From an uncultured Verrucomicrobiales bacterium (GTDB taxonomy: Bacteria > Verrucomicrobiota > Verrucomicrobiia > Verrucomicrobiales > DEV007): a stretch of 41,931 nt of DNA. The notes under the pieces were generated by a model. That model saw nothing but the letters and a program-made list of their open reading frames with translations. It was not told the DNA's origin and ran no database searches. The position numbers were made by a program, and so were the translations under genes. Location: assembly GCA_938091905.1 (NCBI GenBank), contig CALKOM010000080.1:1-41931 (forward strand), written 5' to 3'. Of the stretch, positions 29,701 through 39,664 are shown piece after piece. Numbering within the stretch: position 1 is the stretch's first letter; the number at the start of each line of letters is the position of its first letter.

Positions 29701-30195
29701 TTAGCTAAACCTATCGCAGAGCGCCTTGAAAACAACAGGCGGCACAAACCGTTCCACCGTCGTTTCCCAACCGTCTGGACCGACCATTCCTTTGACAAGA
29801 CTAGAACTGACCTCAGCAATCTGGCGCGGCGGCATGAGAAAGACCGTGGTGATCTCCGGACAGATGTCTGCATTGATGTGACGCATGACGCGCTCGTACT
29901 CGAAGTCCGCTGGACTGCGAATGCCACGGAGAATGTATGTGGCCCCAATGGAACGGGCGTAGTCAACAAGATAGCGGTTATCAAACACAGCCACCGTGAC
30001 GTTGGTTGCTGTGATGCCCGCCGTGATGCTCTCGAGCATGGTGATGCGTTTCTCGACGGCGAAGGTGCTCTCTTTCTCAGGATTAGTCCCCACGGCAACG
30101 GTGAGAGACTGGAAGAGGCGGGCACCCTCCTCGATCATCCAAAGATGACCTTTGGTCGGAGGGTCGAAGCTGCCCGCATAAACGACAGTAGACAT
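29701..30195 (-). CDS. coaD: Pantetheine-phosphate adenylyltransferase
   Basis: YAGSFDPPTKGH, LRGIR...DFEYE, VSSSLVK. Confidence 0.96.
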   Translation of the reverse strand: MSTVVYAGSFDPPTKGHLWMIEEGARLFQSLTVAVGTNPEKESTFAVEKRITMLESITAGITATNVTVAVFDNRYLVDYARSIGATYILRGIRSPADFEYERVMRHINADICPEITTVFLMPPRQIAEVSSSLVKGMVGPDGWETTVERFVPPVVFKALCDRFS

Positions 30196-30199
30196 TTGT

Positions 30200-30856
30200 T
30201 TACCATCCAGGACGACGCACCCGACTGTCTAGCTGAAACGTCTGCCCAGAGACGTGGGGAAGGTCTTCATGCAGAAAGCGGACGAACTTGGCGACATGGT
30301 GGACAGTATTGAAAGAGCCGAGGACATGGTCCTCGCGAAACTTGGCGCGTTGAACATCGGTGAGGCTCGCCGTCATAGCCGTTTCAAGAAACCCAGGGAG
30401 GACGATGTTCGAACGAATGCTCTGAGCTCCCCATTCCCGCGCCAGGGATTGAGTCAGCCCGATGAGCCCCGCTTTGGCTGCTGCGTAGTTGCACTGACCA
30501 GCGGGTCCGACCAAGCCAGAGTATGACCCCACCTGAATCAGATGACCGGGTCGGCCTTGTAGCGAGGCTGCATAGGCTTGGGATACCAACCAGGTTCCCT
30601 TGAGATGAGCATCGAGAACCTTATCCCAGTCGGCCTCATTCATCTTGAGCAATGGGCCATCGCGGAGACTGCCAGCTTGGTTGATGACCAGCTCCACAGG
30701 CTCTGAAAGTGTGCGAAAGAAAGCCCCGACAGAGTGGCGATCACTCACATCGAGGCTGCTGCGACTTGGAGCCGCTATCTCGTAACCCACAGACTCAAAA
30801 CACTCGCGGAGAGCTTGAGCGAGGGAACCATCACCGCCCGTGATGAGAATCATCAC
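30200..30856 (-). CDS. Short-chain dehydrogenase/reductase (FabG-like)
   Basis: ITGG.G.L, NQAG, GQCNYAAAKAG (YxxxK), PGFLET.MT. Confidence 0.9.
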   Translation of the reverse strand: MMILITGGDGSLAQALRECFESVGYEIAAPSRSSLDVSDRHSVGAFFRTLSEPVELVINQAGSLRDGPLLKMNEADWDKVLDAHLKGTWLVSQAYAASLQGRPGHLIQVGSYSGLVGPAGQCNYAAAKAGLIGLTQSLAREWGAQSIRSNIVLPGFLETAMTASLTDVQRAKFREDHVLGSFNTVHHVAKFVRFLHEDLPHVSGQTFQLDSRVRRPGW

Positions 30857-30877
30857 GAGCGATGACGGTGAAATTGA

Positions 30878-31087
30878 CTAATTAGCGGTGACGTTCTCCG
30901 CCTGAGGTCCCTTGGGGCCTTGCACAACTTCCATGGAAACTTTCTGCCCTTCAAAGAGCGTCTTTCTTCCTGAACCATTGATAGCGCTGTGGTGGACAAA
31001 CACATCAGGCGCACCATCGCGACCGACAAATCCGAATCCTTTTTCATCATTAAACCACTTTACTGTTCCTTCGACTTGATCTGACAT
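30878..31087 (-). CDS. Cold-shock protein (CspA family)
   Basis: [37 protein letters not shown]; true start ATG 31087. Confidence 0.96.
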   Translation of the reverse strand: MSDQVEGTVKWFNDEKGFGFVGRDGAPDVFVHHSAINGSGRKTLFEGQKVSMEVVQGPKGPQAENVTAN

Positions 31088-31450
31088 AACTTCTTTAATA
31101 CTTTCTTGGTTGTTCTTGCGGTCGGAAAGAGCCCGTAGCTGTAACCAACACATACCCGCAAGAAAGTCGACATATCGAACAACAGCTTGGGAGAAAATGA
31201 TTGGAACAGCCGAGGAACTCCCATTTGGTTTGTTCCGACCTTGCGGCAACCAAGTGGCACGGATCCCGGCGCAATCAAGTGGATTCTTACATCTCTGGAC
31301 CATACCAGCCAGAGAATCACGTTTCGCGAGGACTCAGATCAAACCATCCCAGGGATCTCACGATTGCGATTGCTCTCATATAAGAGTTTGAATTATCATA
31401 ACAGCAATGCTCAGTATTCAAATCAAGCTAATTACCTGCTGATACCTATC

Positions 31451-32392
31451 ATGAATCTGATCTCGCACGACATCACAGAGTTTCCCCGCTTCAAGCAATA
31501 CTACCTGCCCTCCGATCAAGGCCAACCCATCGAATCTGCATTCGAGCCAGGCACACGCTGCTTTCTACTCCACAACGATGAAACCGACGAGCAGGCCATT
31601 TTACAGGTCAGTGAAACGCTAAATGGTCGATGGAGAGACTACTTTGAGGGTCACGCACGCACGCTCAATGCTCATGCCCACCACAAACCTCTCCTTCCAG
31701 TGACCGAGATCGGCGTGGATGATGGCATGCTCTACTCCGTGCGTCCGTTTACACCCAGCGAATCTCTTAACTCCTATAGCAAGCGAGTGGGCACACTTCC
31801 ATGGCATTTGGCCGCACCGATGGTGCGGCAACTTGCCGAATGTCTTCGCGAGATTCTAAGCGGATCGCCAACGCTCTTTCGGCAACTCGATCTTTCTTCT
31901 GTTCGGGTCCGCGAAGACTCAGAGAATGGCTTGGGCCTCGAGGTTGTGGGTTGCCTGCGAGGAGAACTCGCAGAGAAATCCGAATACGACCGCGTCCGGG
32001 AACTCTGCGTGCTTCTGACCAGGCTAAGCGATATGGGAGAGGCTCCCGATTGTGTGGACCGTTTGATCGATCATGCATACGGAATGGACGAGGGCGGCTC
32101 GCCTCAAAACTTGTCCGCCTTGCTTGCCTCCCTGCCCATCGAAAACGGGGGAAGTTTAGACTGGTTGCGTCGACAGGTCAGGATTCCCTCCAAGTGGCTG
32201 CCGCGCTCTCCTTTCGATCATCCTGAACTTCACACGTTCAGAGATCACTTCGCCCCACCAGAAAATACCCATCAGCGAGGAAGTCTGGCATATCGCAGTG
32301 AACGAGCAAGGCGCACAGCAGCACAGCCATTCACAGCAACATCGATTTGCTTGTTTGCTGTTGGAATCACGACTTCCAGTTGGCAGGCCTAG
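31451..32392 (+). CDS. Hypothetical protein with a degenerate Ser/Thr kinase-like fold (pseudokinase)
   Basis: FEGHARTL...[11 protein letters not shown]...[30 protein letters not shown] follows Hanks subdomains III-VIa; no recognisable Gly-loop, VAIK, HRD or DFG. Confidence 0.6.
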   Translation: MNLISHDITEFPRFKQYYLPSDQGQPIESAFEPGTRCFLLHNDETDEQAILQVSETLNGRWRDYFEGHARTLNAHAHHKPLLPVTEIGVDDGMLYSVRPFTPSESLNSYSKRVGTLPWHLAAPMVRQLAECLREILSGSPTLFRQLDLSSVRVREDSENGLGLEVVGCLRGELAEKSEYDRVRELCVLLTRLSDMGEAPDCVDRLIDHAYGMDEGGSPQNLSALLASLPIENGGSLDWLRRQVRIPSKWLPRSPFDHPELHTFRDHFAPPENTHQRGSLAYRSERARRTAAQPFTATSICLFAVGITTSSWQA

Positions 32393-33213
32393 TTCCCCTC
32401 GTTGTCTTTGTAGAGGAATCCCGTGAGTGGACTGGTGGCCTTGGCAGTCGTCCCTGGCTCAGGGACACCCAGTTCGTAAGCAAGTCTCCCGGCTTCAACC
32501 GCACACTTAAAGGCGTGACCCATTGCTGATGGGTCCTCAGCGATCGCAATCGCGGTGTTCACGAGAACGGCATCCGCACCAATCTCCAAAGCGGCGGCCG
32601 CATGACTAGGGACACCAATGCCAGCATCGACGACGACCGGAACCGTCGCTTGTTCAATGATGATCTCGATCTGGTGACGCGTATCGAGCCCACGATTGCT
32701 GCCAATCGGAGCGCCTAACGGCATGACCGCCGCGGTTCCACAATCTTGGAGCCGCTTCGCTAGCACGGGATCTGCGTTGATATACGGCAACACAGTAAAC
32801 CCTTCCTTCACCAAAATCTCTGCAGCCGCCAACGTCTCAATCGGATCCGGCAAGAGGTAGCGAGGGTCCGGATGAATCTCCAACTTCACCCACTTGGGCA
32901 ATCCCGCGGCTTCTGCCAAACGCGCCAAACGCACGGCCTCCTCAGCGTTCATAGCCCCACTCGTATTGGGCAACAGTAGATACTTGTCAGGATCAATAAA
33001 TTCCAAGATGTTCGCGTAAGGATCTCGCTGACCTGACAGGTCCGCACGCCGCAAGGCAACGGTCACAATCTCGGTTCCAGATGCCACGAGCGCGTCGCGC
33101 ATGCTTTCGTTAGAAGAGAACTTTCCGGTTCCTAGGAAGAGACGGGAAGAAAATTCACGTCCGCCAAGTTTCAACAACTGGGTTGGATAGGACACGCTAG
33201 CAGAAAACCTCAA
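32389..33213 (-). CDS. thiG: Thiazole synthase (start TTG 33213 or GTG 33195)
   Basis: [47 protein letters not shown]. Confidence 0.97.
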   Translation of the reverse strand: MRFSASVSYPTQLLKLGGREFSSRLFLGTGKFSSNESMRDALVASGTEIVTVALRRADLSGQRDPYANILEFIDPDKYLLLPNTSGAMNAEEAVRLARLAEAAGLPKWVKLEIHPDPRYLLPDPIETLAAAEILVKEGFTVLPYINADPVLAKRLQDCGTAAVMPLGAPIGSNRGLDTRHQIEIIIEQATVPVVVDAGIGVPSHAAAALEIGADAVLVNTAIAIAEDPSAMGHAFKCAVEAGRLAYELGVPEPGTTAKATSPLTGFLYKDNEGN

Positions 33214-34061
33214 AGTGCAAGACGCTGGAACAATTCGTCCAAAGATAGCTGCAGCCCAATGTAAAACTCACCGAACTCGCCATAGCGCGCACTCACTTCA
33301 TCAAAGCGCATTTCGTAAACAATCTCTTTCACATCAATGATATCGTGAGCGAACAGAGAGACCCCCCACTCCGCATCATCAATACCGGTGGATCCGGTGA
33401 TCAGTTGGAGGATCTTTCCAGCCCACTGACGTCCGAGTTTGGCATGGCCACCCATGAGTTCTTTCCTCTGGTCAAACGAAAGGCTGTACCAGTTGTCCTC
33501 ACCTGAACGCCGCTTATTCATCGGATAGAAACAAATGATCGGCCACTCCGGCAAATTCGGGTAAAGGCGATGCTGCAGATACTTCTTCATCCGATCGTTG
33601 AACTCAACAACCTTCTCCTCAAGCTCCGAAGAGCCTTCCGCCAAACCTTCCTCAACAATGAGCTGTGCACGATACTGATCCTCGGAGGTCGTGTATTCGC
33701 TCTTCTCTGTCATCGACAGATAAGAGTAGGACGGCGACAAGATCTCAGGACCAAGCGCAAGACTCAGGCGTTTCTCGAACGCATTGGCCAGGTGCAAATC
33801 AGGGGTTAGCAGCATGAAACCAATATCAGCCTTTGGCGAAACCATGCTAAAAGTGAGAAGCTGCGTATTCTCATTCGCACGAATCTCCTGCACAAGCTTC
33901 GCCAATTCCGTCTTCGCCTGACGCTGAACGTCACTGCCTAACAATTGCCACGTGGCATAGTCTATCTGATAAAAGAGATGCATCACCACCCAACCCTCAC
34001 GAGGGACCAGGGCAGGCGACGCAGATTCTTCTTCAGCCGTCGTTATCGCTGGATCTTGCAT
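33210..34061 (-). CDS. hemQ: Chlorite-dismutase-superfamily heme protein, most like coproheme decarboxylase (HemQ/ChdC)
   Basis: [19 protein letters not shown]...[37 protein letters not shown]; Gln rather than the catalytic Arg of true chlorite dismutases. Confidence 0.8.
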   Translation of the reverse strand: MQDPAITTAEEESASPALVPREGWVVMHLFYQIDYATWQLLGSDVQRQAKTELAKLVQEIRANENTQLLTFSMVSPKADIGFMLLTPDLHLANAFEKRLSLALGPEILSPSYSYLSMTEKSEYTTSEDQYRAQLIVEEGLAEGSSELEEKVVEFNDRMKKYLQHRLYPNLPEWPIICFYPMNKRRSGEDNWYSLSFDQRKELMGGHAKLGRQWAGKILQLITGSTGIDDAEWGVSLFAHDIIDVKEIVYEMRFDEVSARYGEFGEFYIGLQLSLDELFQRLAL

Positions 34062-34097
34062 AAACTCTGATTAGGCCTGCCTCAGCAAGCGGGCAAC

Positions 34098-34919
34098 CTA
34101 ACCTGCTTCTGGACTCGCCTCCTGATCTGCAGGCATCTCGAACATAGCGATGAGAGTCCATTCATCAATCGACATATCGTATTTCTTACTCTCATAAACC
34201 TGCACTACCCACGACTCTAGTCGACCAGCCTGACACTCTATCAAGCGCATCGACGTTGTATAACCTTCTGAGCAAACACCGGTGTAGGTTGCACCGCTCG
34301 CAACCTGGCCTTCGTCAACTTTTTCCACCAAGGAATCACCACGAATCTTGCCAGCTTCATCGCGGAAGAGCACACGCAAGTAACCCGAACCTCCACCCAA
34401 AGTGATGCCCACCACCGGTACAATGTTCGCCCCAGGACGAACTGTTTCCCCCGGACGAGGCTCTCGCCAGACCGCGTCGATGCGATTCACCGAGAGCAGA
34501 GCACCTTTGGCCGGAAAGTTGACTGCCTCTAGAGAGATATCTTCTACAGAATCCAACGCTGACCCAGAATGGACAAGACTACGAAAGAAGAATAAACCTA
34601 GCAACGCCACGACGACAAATGCCGAAACACTGGCCATCTCAAAGACGTTGAGACGCCCCCACGCCGCTTTCAGCCCATTCACGATGCCATTCACGCAAGC
34701 CCCGATCTGAGCTTTCTGGCCGACTTCGCCGTCGTGATACACCTCACCACGGTCGAGCTTGGTCTTGGAGGATTCCCATGCCGTAGGCTCAAAATCCGTC
34801 GGACGCACGCTCTTCGGCCGCCCAGCTTTGCGGCGGAGTTCTTCCTCTTTCACCCGCCCAGATTCCGCAGTAACGGCATCGGGTTGAGCAGGGGGATCCG
34901 AGTCTGTAGGAGAGGCCAT
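34098..34919 (-). CDS. Hypothetical single-pass membrane protein
   Basis: Long ORF co-directional with hemQ-thiG; one hydrophobic segment (ASVSAFVVVALLGLFFF) followed by a beta-rich domain; start ATG 34919. Confidence 0.75.
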   Translation of the reverse strand: MASPTDSDPPAQPDAVTAESGRVKEEELRRKAGRPKSVRPTDFEPTAWESSKTKLDRGEVYHDGEVGQKAQIGACVNGIVNGLKAAWGRLNVFEMASVSAFVVVALLGLFFFRSLVHSGSALDSVEDISLEAVNFPAKGALLSVNRIDAVWREPRPGETVRPGANIVPVVGITLGGGSGYLRVLFRDEAGKIRGDSLVEKVDEGQVASGATYTGVCSEGYTTSMRLIECQAGRLESWVVQVYESKKYDMSIDEWTLIAMFEMPADQEASPEAG

Positions 34920-35086
34920 GATTGATAAGATTCCGCTGTGTTGATCTAATGAGGCACAGGATTGAAATGCAACCCCGAACTCATGACAAATGGGACACCA
35001 CGTGGGTTCAAATAAACTGGTCGTACCTACGAGAAAACCCATTCTCGCTTGAGTCCATGATCCTCCCGGTTCACGATTACCCTAGA

Positions 35087-35443
35087 ATGAATCCGGCCTG
35101 GCGAAAGCAGATCCTCGAAGAATGGCGTGGAGTTTCCGATCCCAAGGCCACACGGTACACCGCCAAGGTCATCGGGGACGTCGTGCCCAACCTCATGGAT
35201 TCGCTGGGTCTCTCTGAGCGCTACGGTGCCGAGGAGATCGGCCGCGTCTGGACACAAGTGGTCGGCCATCCTCTCTGCCTGCAAGCGATCCCCGTGAAAC
35301 TCAAGCACCGCACCCTCCACGTGCGCATGATTCAACCCACAGTGCACTACGTGCTGGAGGGCATGCGAGATGATCTCCTAGCCAAGCTGCAAGAGCGGTT
35401 GGGGAAAGAGCGAATCCTGAGTTTGAAGTTTGCGGTGAACTAA
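35087..35443 (+). CDS. DUF721 / DciA-family protein
   Basis: I...W..VVG..L....P......L.V.......L......LL.KL.......I..LKF pattern. Confidence 0.8.
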   Translation: MNPAWRKQILEEWRGVSDPKATRYTAKVIGDVVPNLMDSLGLSERYGAEEIGRVWTQVVGHPLCLQAIPVKLKHRTLHVRMIQPTVHYVLEGMRDDLLAKLQERLGKERILSLKFAVN

Positions 35444-35450
35444 AACAACC

Positions 35451-36640
35451 ATGACTCTCGTCCGCATCACCCTCGTCGGCTTGTTCGCGGCGAACTCAGG
35501 ACTGATCGCACAAGAACGCAGTCCCCAAGAAGAAGACCTCCTCTTTGCCGCTGTCGAAATTGAGAAAGCCTGTGGCAACATCATTAAGGAGAAGAAGATC
35601 GATTGGCGGACCACCTCAAGGGTATTGGTTGCCGAATCCAAGAATGTTAAAACAGATCAAGTTTGGAGAAAGACAGGCAAAGGAATCACTTGGCCAAAGG
35701 AGGCGGATAAGACGAGTCCTGGCATTTTTATGTCAGAGCGGTAAGAAACTCTACATCAAGAACAGCTGGCCGTCCGCGAAGTCTGTGGACTCATACCGGG
35801 CATGGAATTGGTAAAAGTGAACCGCCATCTCGCGACGACGTGGTTGGCCAATCGCATCACAACATCCCGCCATCCCCTCAGTTTCTAGCCAGATCATCAA
35901 GCCTTCTTCTACGGGTGACTCCAGGATGAGCAAGGCGCGGAACTCAAACTGGAAGTTGGGACTCCAAAGGGCCACAAGCTGCGCCTCACACTCACTTACA
36001 CAAAAGCCAATCCTGTGCCGTCGGGTCCTTATTTCTTTCCTGAAACCATGGAAATTCCTAACAATATTTATTGAATCACGACAAGCGATGGCTTGGGCTA
36101 CATCCACATTCGCCAATGTCCCGGGAATCCATCGACTCCGCTCTAGCAAGCCTTGAGGAAGCCCCTGTTATCATTCTCGACTTCCATGCAAACTCAGGCG
36201 CCAGGTTCGATCACCCTGCGCTGATGGGACGCTTTGTACCCAAAGGCGAGACACTGACCTTCGCCAAACGTTACCAAAGCACGGGCGAGCATCCTTCCGG
36301 CGGGCCCTTGGTCGCGATCATTGATATTACCGTTCGAAGCGCCGGTGAAACGCCTACTGCCATTCGCAAAGAAGGTGGGCGAGCCTAGGTGATCGGAGAA
36401 AGGCTCACAGCAGGGATTTTTTTAGCAAGACCACCATCGCCCTTCCTTCGAAGCTCTTCTCTCTGTATGTTTTGGTCGCTTCCAACATGAAACGCTCAAA
36501 CGACAGGGAGGGCCTTGAAGGCATCTGCCTCATTCCTTATGAGACCATCGCCTTTGCTTCTGAAGACTTGGCTGCGGGCACCAGATACGTCAATCACCGT
36601 TGCCGAAACACGTTTGAAACGTTTTTCCCCAGGACAAAGT
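35451..36640 (+). pseudogene. S41-family peptidase, heavily decayed
   Basis: Signal peptide, then motifs scattered over different frames: PGMELVKVN (PDZ-like), LGYIHIR, IILDFHANSG, RSAGE, GRA*VIGE..AG (TAG 36386-36388), GLEG..IP. Confidence 0.75.
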
Positions 36641-36643
36641 CTC

Positions 36644-37960
36644 TTACAAAGCGCGGTAAGCCTCTGCTAACAAGCTCACCGGAGCAGTCACACGCATCCC
36701 CGATCCCGCTTCACCAAGCCCGCGCTGGAGTTGCAGATCACACCCCGGATTGGCCGTCGCCACGACGTCGGCACCCGAGTCAAGAAGGTGCACCACTTTA
36801 TCATCTAGCAAAGCCTCCGACGCTTCGGGCTGCGTGATGCTATAGACGCCAGCACTGCCACAACACACATTGGCATCCTTTAGCTCCACGAGACGTACGC
36901 CGGGAATCGCCTTAAGAACCTCACGAGGCTGCGAAGAAATGCCCTGCCCGTGACACAAATGGCAGGATTCATGATAGGTCACCGTCATCTTCGGCAATCC
37001 ACGCTCTGGCCGGCGCAGCCCAATCTCAAGCAGCCACTCGTGAATGTCCTTCACTTTCCCATCCCACGCCTTGGCGCGTTCCACATACTTTGCATCTCCT
37101 GCTAACAACCGTCCATAGTGCCGCAAGTGAGAGCCACAACCGCCCGCATTGGTGATGATGGCATCCAACCTCGCCAAAGGAAAGGCATCGACGTTAAGCC
37201 GCGCCATCTCGCGTGCGTGCGCAAGATCTCCATTGTGCCCGTGGATCGAACCGCAGCAGTGCTGCTCACGTGGAGTCACCACCTCACACCCATTCTGAGC
37301 GAGCACCTCAACGGTGTCCCGATTCACAGAGGCATAAGCAATATCCTGGATACAGCCCGTGAGAAGCCCCACCCGGAAACGCGTCTCTCCCGCAGGCTTC
37401 TCCAGTGGCGAGATCAGTGCATCCGAGAACGCCGGCTCGACACGAGGACTCATTGTGACAAGCCGCCGCCACTTCGCTGGGACCCATTGCATGAGTGGGC
37501 TCGAGGTGAACGCCTCAAAGAGCCCAGTTCGTTGACTCCAACCTAACAAGCGCCCCATCAAGCGGAGGGCCCAGGGTTTGCGAAAGAGAAAGCCGAGCGT
37601 CACGCCACGATAAAATCGAGTCATCAATGGCTGCCGCACGTCCGCTGCATTGGCGGCGCGAGCGACCTCGAAGAGCTGGGCGTAATCGACCTTGGCCGGA
37701 CAGGCCGTCTGGCAAGCCAAGCAGCCCAAACAGAAATCCATCTCTTCTGCAAACGGCGCGCCAATCTCCAGTTCATCATCAGCAACTGCCCGCATGAGCG
37801 CAATGCGCCCGCGCGGACTGTGGCCCTCGCGATTGGTAAGCTTGTAGGTCGGACAGGTCGGCAAGCACATACCACAGTGCATGCACTGCTGCACCACCCC
37901 GTAGTCCATCGCCTTCAGATCCGCGAGCGGCTCTGAGGCTGGCAGCGAACTGCCGATCAC
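36644..37960 (-). CDS. glcF: Fe-S oxidoreductase, glycolate oxidase iron-sulfur subunit family
   Basis: CMHCGMCLPTCP, SPRGRI, CLGCLACQTACP, two CCG domains, TANPGC.LQ. Confidence 0.85.
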   Translation of the reverse strand: MIGSSLPASEPLADLKAMDYGVVQQCMHCGMCLPTCPTYKLTNREGHSPRGRIALMRAVADDELEIGAPFAEEMDFCLGCLACQTACPAKVDYAQLFEVARAANAADVRQPLMTRFYRGVTLGFLFRKPWALRLMGRLLGWSQRTGLFEAFTSSPLMQWVPAKWRRLVTMSPRVEPAFSDALISPLEKPAGETRFRVGLLTGCIQDIAYASVNRDTVEVLAQNGCEVVTPREQHCCGSIHGHNGDLAHAREMARLNVDAFPLARLDAIITNAGGCGSHLRHYGRLLAGDAKYVERAKAWDGKVKDIHEWLLEIGLRRPERGLPKMTVTYHESCHLCHGQGISSQPREVLKAIPGVRLVELKDANVCCGSAGVYSITQPEASEALLDDKVVHLLDSGADVVATANPGCDLQLQRGLGEAGSGMRVTAPVSLLAEAYRAL

Positions 37961-38682
37961 TTCAGCGGCGTGACCGTGATATTGCGGTAAGCCACCGGTC
38001 CGTGGTCGCCTTGGAACATGATCGGCCCCTTAGCGGCTTCTTTCCCGGTCACACCACTTGGAGTAGGCCCTTTCAACTCAAGGTTCTCCTGCAGAATCTC
38101 TCCGTTCAGCTCAACCTTCAGCAGCTTAAAGTTGGAAGTCTTCTTCCCATCGGCATCGAACTTGGGTGCCTCGTATTCAAAGACGTACTTCTGCCACTCA
38201 CCAGGCTTCTTGCAGGCGTTCACCTTAGGAGGTGTGGCACCATAGACTGCGCCCATGTCGCCATTGCCCATCTTCTCTTTACCATAACTATCTAACACCT
38301 GCACCTCATACTCACCCATCAAATAGACACCTGAATTCGCACCCTTCGCCACCAACAGCTCGACCTCAATGCGCGCACTGCCAAACTTGGCGTTTGAATA
38401 AATGTCCAAGCTCTGCCCATGACCACTGACCAGATTGACCATGGCACCCTCCCCGGCATCGGCTGCCAGGGCTCCCTCGTTGTCCTTTGCTAAATTAGGC
38501 TTACCCACTACCCACTTCGGCTTGATCAGCTTGCCATTCTTCGCCTTCTTTTCCTTAAACGACCAGTCCAACAGATTCTTTCCATTGAACGGATGGGCTG
38601 CACCGCTGCCATGATGATCAGCAGCGACGTAGGTGAACGTGAGAGTGGCGAGAGCGAGAGTAAGTCCAGTGAGCTTCTTCAT
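37957..38682 (-). CDS. DUF1080 (3-keto-disaccharide hydrolase-like) secreted protein
   Basis: FNGKNL..W, NSGVYL...YEVQVLDS, PGEWQ, LNG, GPIMFQGDH.PVAYRNI; signal peptide. Confidence 0.92.
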   Translation of the reverse strand: MKKLTGLTLALATLTFTYVAADHHGSGAAHPFNGKNLLDWSFKEKKAKNGKLIKPKWVVGKPNLAKDNEGALAADAGEGAMVNLVSGHGQSLDIYSNAKFGSARIEVELLVAKGANSGVYLMGEYEVQVLDSYGKEKMGNGDMGAVYGATPPKVNACKKPGEWQKYVFEYEAPKFDADGKKTSNFKLLKVELNGEILQENLELKGPTPSGVTGKEAAKGPIMFQGDHGPVAYRNITVTPLK

Positions 38683-39328
38683 AGTGCGCACGGTTCTAAA
38701 CCGCCCTCAAGGCAATGTGCAAGCCAGATCGCTCTGGACACAGCCAGCACCTCTAAGAAGCTTGATCCAGCGCCACTCGGGCTCGCGCCCCCAAGGAACT
38801 AACCCCCAAGCCGCTCCGGCTCAGTGATGACTTGGACAAGCCTGATACCACTGTTATCGAACAAATTCACCTCTCCACCGTTGCGTGTGTTGATAAAGTA
38901 GCGCCGCCCCGAACTGCCTTTCGAACCTCGTTGAACACGGTGTTCGGTGTGACTCAGCTCAGAAATCGTGGATCGAAACACCTAGTCTACCCTATCTTTG
39001 GGCGTGTTCCACCCGATGCGACGCTCATCATTGGTGATGTCCCATTTGCCGCCTGAGCAGAGAAGCGAGATCCCAAGGATACCGCATATCAGGCAACAAA
39101 GCCTCCCCCTGAACCCGGTGGCCGAAACGACCAACCAAGATAAGCGGGCGAAGTAAAGTAAGCTGCAATTGCGATGATTTCAGTAAACCGATACCTCTCG
39201 CAAAGACCTGCTTCAAGAAACCTTAAAAACCTCCGATACTCGGTTTCTTGCCCAGCGCTTGCCCGGGTCGGGTCTCTGTGTGATAGCGAGTAGGGCCCAA
39301 ACAACATCAGATGGCTATGATTCCCGCG

Positions 39329-39664
39329 CATCTTCCGATGGACGCTTTGCTTCTTTCCCTCGGTGTATCCCAAGGATTCGTAAAACTCACCTGCAACCTC
39401 ACCCAAGATAGCAGTTCTCACCGTGATTCTTGGAATCTCCTGAGATCACTCCCAAGATTCGGCGCCTTCTACCCAGGCTCTTCCCAGGCCTCTTCGGCGA
39501 GCTGCCGGACCAACAATCAATCCGGTGATCTCCCCCTGCGCTCCCGCAACCAGACTCACACGTCGTTCGATTTCGATCCAACCCAACGAACGCCCACCGT
39601 ATCCTGCACATACAGATCCCAAATGCTGATCACCAGCGAGCACCGCCTGCAGACTCTCCTTCAT
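39329..39664 (-). pseudogene. GNAT acetyltransferase remnant (5' end replaced by IS66)
   Basis: EITGLIV..ARRRGLGR..VE.AESWE*SQ..ITVRT....AGEFYESLGY in a single frame with TGA at 39446-39448. Confidence 0.8.

Noticed and set aside
29691..30125. N-terminal extension of ORF 29304..30125
   Set aside because: It overlaps coaD in another frame; a signal peptide begins at ATG 29690.
31088..31450. Upstream extensions of the csp ORF (to 31303) and of the pseudokinase ORF (from 31187)
   Set aside because: They overlap each other head-to-head; the Csp domain starts at 31087 and a better ATG lies at 31451.
7598..39448. Stop-codon reassignment or programmed read-through as the explanation for the many in-frame stops (e.g. 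TAA at Tyr-like positions 8036 and 24550)
   Set aside because: All three stop types occur, mostly together with frameshifts in the same genes, and intact genes end normally at TAA, TAG and TGA. This fits decay, not recoding.
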